A stretch of DNA of 64,000 nt from positions 1 through 64,000 of the IMG/VR virus record IMGVR_UViG_3300018080_000116. One strand, written 5' to 3'. Below are positions 16,964 through 26,148 of the stretch, piece after piece. Below the pieces are notes generated by a model. That model was not told the DNA's origin and did no database searches. It was given only the letters and a program-made list of their open reading frames with translations. Made by a program: the position numbers and the translations under genes. Position 1 is the stretch's first letter. Every line of letters begins with the position of its first letter. Source of the DNA: a virus.

Positions 16964-17875
16964 ATGTCCGACAAGTCCATCCATCGCATCCACCTTCGTG
17001 ACATCACCGTCACCCACAACCCCCGCACACCGGCCCGTGGCCTCGCCCGTGGTCTGGTCGAAGAGGGCATCGAGTGCTCGCCGATTGCTCTTGTGCATGA
17101 TCTGGCTTTGAGCGATAATGCCGCCGAGCGTGCCGAATTCTGCCGCCTCGTCGAAGCCTACGAGAGCGGCCCGAAGGGTTTGGTTGAACTGGCAGCATCC
17201 CGCAGGAAGCAAGAATTGCAGCCGATCAGTCTCCGAAGTTTCCGGTCGCAAGTGGCCGGAACCGATCCGGTCGAGTACGTCCAGCGTTACGGCGTCGTCA
17301 TGGGTGAGCGCCGTTATCTGGCCGCTGCGTACAACTACGCCAAGCACGGCGGTGCCTGCGACATCGGTGCCACGTTCTTGCGAGTCACCACCGATGAAGC
17401 CTACGATCTTGCCGTCGCCGAGAACCTGCAACGGCAGGACATGACCGACGTGGAGATTGGCCACGTGTTCCGAGAATACTACGACGATGGCATGACCATC
17501 CGGCAGGTCGCCGAGCACCTGAACCAGGACTACCAGTTTGTGCGTGGTCGTCTCGGCCTCACCTACCTGGAAGAGAAGGAACAGCAGGCCGTCGAAGACG
17601 GTCGCCTGGGCGTCACCAAGGCCATCGAGAAGGGCTTGAAGGTCAAGAGCGGCAAGTCCAACGGCGACGAAGAGATCGACCCCAAGGCCGACGAGCGGCG
17701 TCGTGTGGCCACGTTGAAGGCCGTCGAGGCGGAATTCGACGTAACACCCCGCAACCGCAAGGGCTACTTGCAGGGTCTCGCCTGGGTCATGGGTATCGAC
17801 TACGATACCGCTCTGGAAGAGAGCGAAGTCCGCATCGCCGAGGCGATGGAGAGAGAAGCCAAGAAAGCGGCCTGA
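16964..17875 (+). CDS. parB: ParB/Spo0J-family CTPase with HTH
   Basis: IHLRDITVTHNPR, LQPISL, VVMGERRYLAA (GxxRxxA), AVAENLQRQDM, TIRQVAEHLNQ helix-turn-helix; GGGAG RBS before ATG 16964. Confidence 0.82.
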   Translation: MSDKSIHRIHLRDITVTHNPRTPARGLARGLVEEGIECSPIALVHDLALSDNAAERAEFCRLVEAYESGPKGLVELAASRRKQELQPISLRSFRSQVAGTDPVEYVQRYGVVMGERRYLAAAYNYAKHGGACDIGATFLRVTTDEAYDLAVAENLQRQDMTDVEIGHVFREYYDDGMTIRQVAEHLNQDYQFVRGRLGLTYLEEKEQQAVEDGRLGVTKAIEKGLKVKSGKSNGDEEIDPKADERRRVATLKAVEAEFDVTPRNRKGYLQGLAWVMGIDYDTALEESEVRIAEAMEREAKKAA

Positions 17876-17883
17876 CAAACGAA

Positions 17884-17916
17884 CAACTCCCCCGGCACTG
17901 GTGCCGGGGGGAGTTG
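17884..17916. other. GC-rich hairpin (CCCGGC family)
   Basis: CAACTCCCCCGGCAC-TG-GTGCCGGGGGGAGTTG with one bulge. Confidence 0.7.
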
Positions 17917-17956
17917 AATATAGTTTTCAAAAACTCAGCAGGAAAGCGAGAACAGG

Positions 17957-19174
17957 ATGTCGGTTTACCAGGGACAAGAATACTACACGCTGCCGTACTC
18001 TCCGATGGACCCCGAACGCACCGAGGCAACGTCTTCGATCATGCGTAGGGGCAACGAAGAGATCAAGCGGTTGCACAAAGCGTTGCGCAAGGCCAACAAG
18101 TTGGGGCCGAATCAGTACATTCGTGCTGAATTCCGCCAGGAGTTGTTCGACTGGCTGGCTTCCATGAACGGTCAGGTGTCCAGACGTATAGACCCCAAGG
18201 GCAGGGTGGGCCGTCCGTCGAAAAAGCCGCTTTTGTTTGTGCCGAGTGTGACCAAAAACCCCCGTTGCGGTTTTGTCTTTGACGACGAAGGCAAGCGGAA
18301 GAAAGCGCCGAAGCCGAGGGGTGTCAGAATCTCGAATCGAGCCCTCTCCCGCATTGTTGCCGTCCGCAACATTCAAGATGAAGTGCTCTGTGGTTTCAGT
18401 CGGCTGTTTGAGCGGCTGGCCATTCGGTTCTGGTCAAACCACAAGGAACAGACGCTTGGAGTCCAAGACTATTACGATGAAGCTGTGATGGCAGGCATCA
18501 ACGCCATCTATCATTACACCAGGGAAGACGTGGAGTTTATCACCTACCTGTACCACTGCGTTCGTAGGCGCATGGGCACGGCCACGGTGAAAGACAATCC
18601 GTTGAGTCCCTGGTCGAATGATGCTCGTCGTCTTCATCGGATGTACGAGGATGCCAGGGCATCCATGAACCGGCCCACGACGTTTGCCGAAGTGTGTGAA
18701 TACTGCCAGTTCACCGACGCTGAGGCCCGGTTGGTGGAATTGACCTTGGCCGAAGTGGTTCAGGCGTGGGACTTCGCTGGTGGGGGTGAGAGTCGCCATC
18801 AGGCGGTGGAAGCCTACGAGGAAAATCACGTGCGAACCAACGGTCGTCAAAACAACTGCAATGGCCTGTACCGAAGCGGCCTTCACCTGGGCAACTTCCA
18901 TGATGGCGAGGAAGAGTTGCGGTTGGACATCGACCAAAGGGCGGCTGTAGAGCGTGCTCGTGCGAAGATGACCGAATTCGAGCGTGCTGTACTTGACGCC
19001 TACTTGAACGATGGCGAGTGGGGCTGGCAGTCCCGTGTAGCCGAGCAACATATCAACCCGAAAACCGAATTGCCATATAGCCGCCGAGCACCTGCGGTTT
19101 TGTGGCCCCGGATTGTGCGAACGATCCTGGAAGAGTATCAGGGCGAAGAAATCGACGCCGTGAAAGTTGCGTGA
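17957..19174 (+). CDS. Divergent sigma70-family RNA polymerase sigma factor
   Basis: Region 2-like QDYYDEAVMAGINAIYHYTREDVEFITYLYHCVRRRM; region 3-like RRLHRMYEDARASMNRPTTFAEVCEYCQFT; region 4-like AKMTEFERAVLDAYL...QSRVAE; about 140 aa of unassigned N-terminal extension. Confidence 0.72.
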   Translation: MSVYQGQEYYTLPYSPMDPERTEATSSIMRRGNEEIKRLHKALRKANKLGPNQYIRAEFRQELFDWLASMNGQVSRRIDPKGRVGRPSKKPLLFVPSVTKNPRCGFVFDDEGKRKKAPKPRGVRISNRALSRIVAVRNIQDEVLCGFSRLFERLAIRFWSNHKEQTLGVQDYYDEAVMAGINAIYHYTREDVEFITYLYHCVRRRMGTATVKDNPLSPWSNDARRLHRMYEDARASMNRPTTFAEVCEYCQFTDAEARLVELTLAEVVQAWDFAGGGESRHQAVEAYEENHVRTNGRQNNCNGLYRSGLHLGNFHDGEEELRLDIDQRAAVERARAKMTEFERAVLDAYLNDGEWGWQSRVAEQHINPKTELPYSRRAPAVLWPRIVRTILEEYQGEEIDAVKVA

Positions 19175-19253
19175 GCACCCAAGCACCATTTAACGCCATG
19201 CCACTTACAAAAGGGAGACCAACTAGAGCGACAAACAACCCGAAAGGCTATAA

Positions 19254-20534
19254 ATGGTACGCAAGAAACAACCGCATCCGAGCCTGCTTGGTACGCCCCA
19301 GTACGAGCGCACGTTCGATCATAGCGGCCTCACTGATGAAGACCGGCGATGGATCACCGATTCACGTAACCCGAAGTGCCCGTTGTCCAAGTTCATTGGC
19401 AATGAGAAGGCGCTGCGGCGTCTGTCTCGTGCTGCGTATGCGGCGTGGGGAGAGCCGAACCACGAGTGCAGCGATCAATCCTTTGCCCTGGTCGGCCCGT
19501 CTTCGACTGGTAAGACGACGCTGGCGAGACTGTTCGGAGATACGGTGCTTCTGCCGTTTGTGGAAGTCCACCCGAAGGCCGTAAAAGGTCCGAAGAACAT
19601 TTTGGAAGAAATCCAACTTGTTCTTGAGAAGATCAAAGTGTTCAGCAGAAGCCTGGGTAAGGAAATCACCCTACAGCTTGTGCCCAACATCGACAACCAC
19701 TTCGTCATTCCGCCGCTGGTGCTGTTCATCGACGAGGTTCATGCGTTGCCGAAGCAGACTGTGCAAAGCCTGCTCAAGGCCATTGAACCGAAGGATGGAA
19801 AGCTGGCCACCGAGGAAGGGTGGAGTGCCGACTGCCGGAACATTTGTTGGGTGATTGCCACCACGGATCGTGGTCTGTTGTTCGATGCGTTCGACACTCG
19901 GTTCCGCAAGGTCTACTTGAATCTCTACACCCGTGAAGAGATCGCCGAGATCGTTCAGTTGAACAACAAAGACTGGCCGATGTCGGTGTGCCGTATCGTG
20001 GCAAAGTATTGCTGGCGTGTTCCTCGTGAGGCTTTGGCCTTTGCCAAAGACATGCGGACGGAATATGAAATCCAGTCTAAGCGTGGTCGTGTGGATTGGG
20101 AACAGGTGGCAGCCGCCGTGGCGCAAGACAGTGACATTGATCCGTTGGGCATGACGCTCCAGCGCTTGCGCATCCTGGTGGCCTTGGGTCAGCAGGGAGC
20201 GATCCCGAGGGACCGTTTGTGCCACTATGCTCAGTGTAAGGTGGAAGAACTAACCAAATTCCTGATGCCGCCGCTGATTACCGCTACGTCGAATGAACCG
20301 GCATTGGTGGCCGTGACCAGCAAGGGATACTCGATCACCAGGGCTGGCTTGGAACAACTCGATGCTCGTGGCATCCCGCATCCTCCGGAAGAGAAGGTGG
20401 TTGTCATGGACATTCCGCCTTTGGATTGGGGCCAGTACGACCCCGTGGACATGGGCTATGGTGGCTCCACTGGTCGAGGCAACGCCAAGGTGGTGAAGCC
20501 GAAGCTGTGGCTGCCGTTCGGTGACAAGAAATAA
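19254..20534 (+). CDS. ruvB: RuvB-like AAA+ ATPase (Holliday junction branch-migration motor family)
   Basis: LSKFIGNEK, GPSSTGKTTLA, LFIDEVH, IATT, DTRF, LNLYTREEIAEIV, DPLGM..., and a winged-helix C-terminus (TSKGYSIT), collinear with RuvB. Confidence 0.75.
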   Translation: MVRKKQPHPSLLGTPQYERTFDHSGLTDEDRRWITDSRNPKCPLSKFIGNEKALRRLSRAAYAAWGEPNHECSDQSFALVGPSSTGKTTLARLFGDTVLLPFVEVHPKAVKGPKNILEEIQLVLEKIKVFSRSLGKEITLQLVPNIDNHFVIPPLVLFIDEVHALPKQTVQSLLKAIEPKDGKLATEEGWSADCRNICWVIATTDRGLLFDAFDTRFRKVYLNLYTREEIAEIVQLNNKDWPMSVCRIVAKYCWRVPREALAFAKDMRTEYEIQSKRGRVDWEQVAAAVAQDSDIDPLGMTLQRLRILVALGQQGAIPRDRLCHYAQCKVEELTKFLMPPLITATSNEPALVAVTSKGYSITRAGLEQLDARGIPHPPEEKVVVMDIPPLDWGQYDPVDMGYGGSTGRGNAKVVKPKLWLPFGDKK

Positions 20535-20778
20535 ATCTTAGAAAGGGGAGCGACATGGATCGCATCGAATTTCTACACGACGCTGAACTTGAGTTGGTGA
20601 CCGACTTCGATGAAGGAACCGAGCACGCCGAGACCGAAACCGAGACGTTCAAGGTTGGCTCGCAACACGAGGGCGAGATCATCGACGAGACCGACGCCGA
20701 GTTGTCATTCCAGTTTGGCGATGGCAGTGTTGCCTTCAACGTGGACAAGCTGGTGGTTCGAGTGATGGAGACCGGCAA

Positions 20779-20937
20779 ATGAAAAAGCTGTTACTGGCAG
20801 GATGCCTAGTGTTTTGTGCAGGATGCAAAACAGTTTTTGTTTTCAGTGTCAATAAGGATTGGGTGGTGGACGGTTACCACAACCCCGATCTACGAACGAA
20901 AGCCGAAGTGCGACTTGAAAGGGATTGGAAACGATGA
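20779..20937 (+). CDS. Small putative lipoprotein (52 aa), absent from the ORF track
   Basis: MKKLLLAGCLVFCAGC: basic N-terminus, hydrophobic core, AGC lipobox-like; ATGA-coupled to the upstream gene. Confidence 0.5.
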   Translation: MKKLLLAGCLVFCAGCKTVFVFSVNKDWVVDGYHNPDLRTKAEVRLERDWKR

Positions 20938-21131
20938 AAACGATGACCCATATAACGATGGTGGTTGCCACCGACCGGCCCGAGGGCATGACCAGGGAAG
21001 CCGAACAACTTCGAGTTTACCAAGCCATCGTCGATGCCGCCAATGATGCCCTGCAACAGTTCCAGCCGGTGGAGGGCACGATCAGCGGCCAGACGTTTGG
21101 TGCCGTGACGCTCGTTCCTCTTGGAAGTTAG

Positions 21132-21159
21132 TTCACAATCGGCAAACCTGTACTACAAT
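21132..21159 (+). promoter_or_regulatory. Class I promoter
   Basis: TTCACA-16 nt-TACAAT. Confidence 0.6.
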
Positions 21160-21908
21160 GTCAGCAGGGAAAACCAATGAAGCTGCAAGCCTCCTGGTCA
21201 TCAACGAAGACGTTTGAGCCATCGCCCGACCTGGATCAAATCCGGTTGGGGTGGCTCACCGACGAGCCTCCCGGCACGCCGGATCGGCCCGTCTTGGTGA
21301 CCCGAGATCAACGGCGAGTTTCTCCCGAGGATGCTGGCGAGATCAACTTGTTCTTGGAACGTGGATTGACTGCCGCCAACAGGCGGTTGATTGAGAGGGG
21401 CAAGGTGGTGGGCTACACCCTCGTGCCGAGGGATGATCGGCAGATGCCAGCGCCCAAGATCAACATGCGACTGCAAATTGCACCCGGTACGGAGGATGAA
21501 TAATGGACGCTGGCCAAACCCGAGCCCTGTTGTCAGACATAGCCATGATGGAGCACCATTTGCTCTACAATCACTATCCGCCCTATGACAGGGCGGCAGT
21601 GCCCTACGCCCTAAAGGCCGTTGAGCGAGCCGCTGAGGCCGTTCTAATGGACGACGATCAAGTGTGGAACGAAGAGATCGAATGTCCCAATGGCACAACG
21701 ACCGTTAGGGAGTTGTGCGAGGCATTTCACCTGGACGACTTTGTTGCGGCCAAGGTGGCGGAACTGGAAGCAGAGGGGGATGAAAGCCATGAATCTGAAT
21801 GAATTCCAGCATGTTTTGGGAATCGCAGTCGTAAAGCGTGCCCTTGAATCGAGTTACAGGCCATCGCCAGCCGAGCAACTGCTGGATTTGGCAAAATCTT
21901 TGGAAAAG

Positions 21909-21942
21909 ACCGAACGCTGTGGCTGTTTGGCGTGTATAAGGG
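21909..21942 (+). promoter_or_regulatory. Class II promoter-like motif embedded in an ORF
   Basis: ACCGAACGCTGTGGCTGTTTGGCGTGTATAAGGG with AAAATCTTT upstream. Confidence 0.5.
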
Positions 21943-22087
21943 TGCGAAGAGACCTGGAATCTCAGGTGCCGGAACAATTCCGGCGTCTGGCCAGGGCCTT
22001 GGCTGCCGCTCGTCCATCGTCGCAGTTCAGGGCCATGTTCGAGGAATGGACCGCCAAACAAATCGCTGAACACCTGGGCGTGAATCC

Positions 22088-22309
22088 ATGAAAGTTCAAT
22101 TGACCAGATTGCTCGCCGAGGCCGGTCAGACCGTCAGCATGAGTGAAGGCCGACGCTACGTTGTGACAGGCATCGTCAAGCTGAATGGTGAAGTTGTGCG
22201 AGACCTGGGCGTGGCTGTTGAAGTCAACCCCGGCGACACGATTCAGGTCGGCAAGCGCACCCCCATCACCGTCACCGCCGAAATGTTGGAGCACACCAAC
22301 GATGCCTAG
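22088..22309 (+). CDS. Stand-alone S4-like RNA-binding domain (TyrRS C-terminal type)
   Basis: RLLAEAGQTVSMSEGRRYVVTGIVKLNGEVV...IQVGKR matches the pattern of the TyrRS C-terminal S4 domain. Confidence 0.75.
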   Translation: MKVQLTRLLAEAGQTVSMSEGRRYVVTGIVKLNGEVVRDLGVAVEVNPGDTIQVGKRTPITVTAEMLEHTNDA

Positions 22310-22846
22310 CATTTGGAAGATCAATCGCATGTTGGAAGAGGCGGCAGCCGATGATCGGCAACGCCGGTCTGGCAACAGTCCAAGGGCTAGGGTCTTCAAG
22401 GGCAATGCCGAACTAGCAGAGATCGAAGCGGATCGCCGAGCGAAGCGAGGCGAGCCAAGTGCCGAGGAACTGGCATCGGCCACCGAGTTGCCGCCTCATT
22501 GTGTCAAGTGCCCCGAGTGCGAGACGATTCACGACGAGTCGGACGTATGCCCGCATTGTCATCTGCGAAACATGGAACGCCTGGGAGGGACCGTTTAATG
22601 CCGACATTGTGTGAACTGCCGAACGGCACGATCCTGCAAAGACGCAACAACATTTTTTGTCTACAACACGGCCTGGATGGTCGAATCTTGGTGGACGTGG
22701 AGACCGGCGTTTGGACGTTCTTGCGTGAGATCGAAAACACGTCTGCTGGCTGCACGTTCAAGATTCTGTTTGTGCCCAATGAAGACCGACGAGCCGCAGC
22801 CTCCAAGAAAGCTGCATAAATAAATTTCATAAGAGGATGCAAAAGC

Positions 22847-23467
22847 ATGTTTGGTTTACAAGTACCCGACGAAGTGACTCAAGAGAAGGGCGACCCGGTT
22901 CGCTATTGGGGTTGCCGAGCCATCGACCAAGGCACCGGTGGCATCGACATCGTTCACGACCGCATCGCCTACCGTGGTCCCGAATCCGACGAAGACCTGC
23001 CGCAGGACGAGTGGCAGCACCTTCCCTTCATCTACTGGCTGAACACCGAAGCGTTGCCGGAAGTGCGTAGACGCTTTGCGGTCGGCGAGTTGTCGGACGA
23101 GCCCACCATCGTTTCTAAGCCAAGCAAGCGTTTTGGCATCGTTGCTCGCCGTGCTGGCGGCTACGTCTACATCGGTGCCTGGGAGCACCACTTCGATGGC
23201 ACCCGTTACGACCTGACCGAGAAGCCCGAAGGCGAGTGGTCCAACGACAAATTCGACCCCAACATCGGCGACCGAGTGTTGGTCAACTTCAATGGTTTTG
23301 GCACCGGCACCGTTGTGAGCTACTTCGCCGAACACGGCTACCGTGGTGTGCGAGTCAAGTTGGACAAGCAACCGGAATGGCACCAGAAGCAGGGACAGCC
23401 GCCTTATGCTCTGGTGTTTGGACAAGAGATCAAGGCGGCGCAAGCACCAGAACCCGAAGAGGTATAG
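22847..23467 (+). CDS. Hypothetical protein, C-terminal SH3/KOW-like segment
   Basis: PNIGDRVLVNFNGFGTGTVV; fits the tiling. Confidence 0.55.
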   Translation: MFGLQVPDEVTQEKGDPVRYWGCRAIDQGTGGIDIVHDRIAYRGPESDEDLPQDEWQHLPFIYWLNTEALPEVRRRFAVGELSDEPTIVSKPSKRFGIVARRAGGYVYIGAWEHHFDGTRYDLTEKPEGEWSNDKFDPNIGDRVLVNFNGFGTGTVVSYFAEHGYRGVRVKLDKQPEWHQKQGQPPYALVFGQEIKAAQAPEPEEV

Positions 23468-23648
23468 CCATGCCGAGTGGAACCGACCACGATCAGAGTG
23501 GTGATGTACTTTCCATGCAGGATGTTGTAGACAACATCGCCGAAGTCCTACAGGGGATGGAAGGCGAACAGGTTGCCGAAGTCTACAATAACCTGTGCAG
23601 TGACACCATCGAGTACAAGGGTGACAGCCTTTGGGAGAGGGTATCCGA

Positions 23649-24545
23649 ATGAGTTTCAACCAAAACGTTTGGGATCAGGCCCGCAAGTTGATCTTCGAGG
23701 CTTCCAAGGGAGCGCCTCCCGAAGTCATGCAGCAACTCGACGAGTTGGTCTTGCATACCGATGGGGCGTTCGAGGATTGCATCGAAACCCCCGAGTGCGG
23801 CATCATCGCCCTGGGCAACTGGAACTGCACTTACGCACAGACCGACGATGGCAGTGTCCAGCCCGACAACAACACGATGCCGATGCTGGGCAATGCCCTG
23901 GAGAAGTTGGGCATTGAACTGGACTGGAGCGATTGCTACGAAATCTGTGCGTGTTGTGGCAAGCTGGTCCGAACGGAGCCGACGCATTACGGCTGGCTTC
24001 CCCGACACTGTTTCATCGAGGGCCTGGGCGACGTTTGTGCGGCGTGTATTATCGAAGATCACGCCGAAGAGTATTTCCAGATGCTTGAAGGTCACGGCGA
24101 GCGTGCCGTAGCGCTCGAAGACGTTGATCCGACCGACCATGATTATGTTCAGATCATTGGCGAGTGCGAGAATGGTCTGTATCATGGTCAGGACGACGAC
24201 CCCGAATCCATTGCCACGGCCCTCCGCAAATTGGGCATCGAGCGATTCTTGTTCAAGGTGGACTCGACCGGTCAGTTCGATACGCATTTCAGCGTGTTCG
24301 TCCACGAAGACGAGGCAGAGTTGTTTGACGTTCAGCGGTATGCCAAGGCGCTCAAGCAACCGGAGTTGTCACCGGCTGAGGCGTGTCAGCAATACTTGCA
24401 GAACGCCAGTGCGGCCATGAAAGACCAGGGCGATAAGCCCGGTGTCACTATCATCCGCCGTGACCCCGAAGATGACACCCAGCCCGTCATCAAGACCATA
24501 ACACCCCTCGAATTCGTCCAGGGGAAAGCCTTCCAAGAAAACTGA
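23649..24545 (+). CDS. Hypothetical acidic protein with CxxC pairs
   Basis: CACCG...CAAC; ATGA coupling; high-GC3 codon usage. Confidence 0.6.
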   Translation: MSFNQNVWDQARKLIFEASKGAPPEVMQQLDELVLHTDGAFEDCIETPECGIIALGNWNCTYAQTDDGSVQPDNNTMPMLGNALEKLGIELDWSDCYEICACCGKLVRTEPTHYGWLPRHCFIEGLGDVCAACIIEDHAEEYFQMLEGHGERAVALEDVDPTDHDYVQIIGECENGLYHGQDDDPESIATALRKLGIERFLFKVDSTGQFDTHFSVFVHEDEAELFDVQRYAKALKQPELSPAEACQQYLQNASAAMKDQGDKPGVTIIRRDPEDDTQPVIKTITPLEFVQGKAFQEN

Positions 24546-24682
24546 AAGGGAACCCATGAATTGGACTCGTGACCAGTGGAAAGCGCTTGTGTTCGGCATC
24601 GGTCTGTTGATCGTGCTGGTGCAGTTCGGATTGTGGCCTGCCGTGGCCGTTGGCTGCATCGCATGGAGCGTGAAGAGCTAGG

Positions 24683-24858
24683 CCCCCGAAACTCAAGGGT
24701 GGACCCGAAATGGTGCAACCGGCTTAGCGGCAGGTCGGTTTGGTCCGAAGTTCTAGCACTACCCATGAGCGGATAAGGCGTTATGTACGGTGGAGATTCG
24801 GGTGCCGACATTGCCCGATGGATCAGGGAGAAGCCGGACGCCGGGGGTTTTTATTTTT
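24683..24858 (+). ncRNA. Candidate structured RNA (unclassified)
   Basis: Gap between genes; closing stem CCCCCG(24683-88)/CGGGGG(24842-47), inner stems GGACC/GGTCC, AACCGGC/GTCGGTT and TCGGGT/GCCCGA; 3' T-tract. Confidence 0.35.
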
Positions 24859-24873
24859 AGAAGGAACTGAACT

Positions 24874-25407
24874 GTGAAGAAATTCAATCCCGTTACCGCA
24901 TTGATCGTCTTTCTCGCCGTGCTGTTCATCGCTGGTGTTGGCACCTTTATCACCAAGAGCCTGCCCGTTTGGCGTGAGCAAGCCCGAGTACGAGACACGC
25001 AGGAACTTGTGTTGCGTACATCGAAGGTCGCCGAGCGACACGGTTGGGAAGCGATCCCCGCTGACTTCGAGGCGGACGCCTGGGGCAATCCCATCAGACT
25101 AGAAAGAATACCAGCCGAAGGGTTGGACAAGACCGGCATCGGTTACCTCGTTGTGTCGCCCGGTCCCGATGGCCAGTTGGATACGATGGACGACATCAAG
25201 GCCCTGGAAATCGACTGGAACAAATCCAGGATCGTGGGCAAGTGGATGGGCAAGAAAATGCGACAGGCCGGTGAGGGCATGGCCGAAGGCATCATGGGCA
25301 AGAACGAATTCGAGACCGAGGAAGAGCATGAAGAACTGAAAGAGAAGGGGTTCTTCGGCAAGCTAAAAGACAAGTTCACCGGAGGCGATGATGAACCAGA
25401 AGAGTAA
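24874..25407 (+). CDS. GspG/T2SS-G-like pseudopilin-domain protein
   Basis: N-terminal hydrophobic helix, then DAWGNPI...LVVSPGPDGQLDTMDDI, the GspG C-terminal signature. Confidence 0.65.
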   Translation: MKKFNPVTALIVFLAVLFIAGVGTFITKSLPVWREQARVRDTQELVLRTSKVAERHGWEAIPADFEADAWGNPIRLERIPAEGLDKTGIGYLVVSPGPDGQLDTMDDIKALEIDWNKSRIVGKWMGKKMRQAGEGMAEGIMGKNEFETEEEHEELKEKGFFGKLKDKFTGGDDEPEE

Positions 25408-25590
25408 AGTCCTGTTGGCCATCCTCCTGTTTTTTGTGTTGGCGGTCGTTTTTGGGGCGGTATTGGCAGCGTTCGGTTTAACTGATGTTTTTCCCAATGC
25501 CGTCCTGAGTGGCCTCGCCGGTGGCTTCATCAGTCGAGCTATTTACGACCTGTTTCTCAAGTAGCACAACCTTACGGAGTACCAAGCACC

Positions 25591-26148
25591 ATGTCCAAGA
25601 ACGATTACGAGAACGTCGATCCGAGTTGTCACTGTGAATCCTGCGGCGAACGTATCACCGAGGATGGTGACGCTGGTGGTCGCTGCATGAACTGTCACAC
25701 GGCCATCCTGCCCTTCGGTCACGATGGCCTCAAGCAGTTTCGAGTCATCGTGACTCGCAACAAGAAAGGTCGCCCGGCCACTGATGCCTTCGAGTGTTGG
25801 GGCGAGAATGAACAGCAAGTTCGCAAGGCCACCGAAGGGGCAGGGTTCGACGTGGACGACGTGGAACTGTTGTGTGAGTGCGAACGTTATTTTCATCTGC
25901 CCATCGAGGGCGGCATCAACGTCTACTGCAACGTCGAAAACCAGCCCGGTGGCTGTATCGAATCCGGTCTGAAAGTGCCCGAAGTGGGCGACGGCGAAGA
26001 TGCCGAAAGCAACCACGACTACAACGTGGCAACCGACGCCATCGAATCCTTGATCCTGGCCCACGCCTGTGCCGGTATCGACGTTTCCTCTCTCGATTAC
26101 TTGGAGGGATTGGAAACGGCGTTGGAGGCTTGTGCCAACAACCTGTAA
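25591..26148 (+). CDS. Hypothetical zinc-finger protein
   Basis: CESCG...CMNC; GGAG RBS. Confidence 0.55.
   Translation: MSKNDYENVDPSCHCESCGERITEDGDAGGRCMNCHTAILPFGHDGLKQFRVIVTRNKKGRPATDAFECWGENEQQVRKATEGAGFDVDDVELLCECERYFHLPIEGGINVYCNVENQPGGCIESGLKVPEVGDGEDAESNHDYNVATDAIESLILAHACAGIDVSSLDYLEGLETALEACANNL

Noticed and set aside
13978-17070. 1030-aa minus-strand ORF (also 16814-17878, 33483-34532, 34860-36098, 36719-37765, 46015-46791)
   Set aside because: Antisense shadows of well-supported plus-strand genes; high-GC3 codon bias removes stops on the opposite strand; no motifs or RBS.
24683-24858. Cobalamin or c-di-GMP riboswitch, or tRNA, in this gap
   Set aside because: The conserved B12 box, GEMM GNRA/receptor and cloverleaf with T-loop could not be identified.
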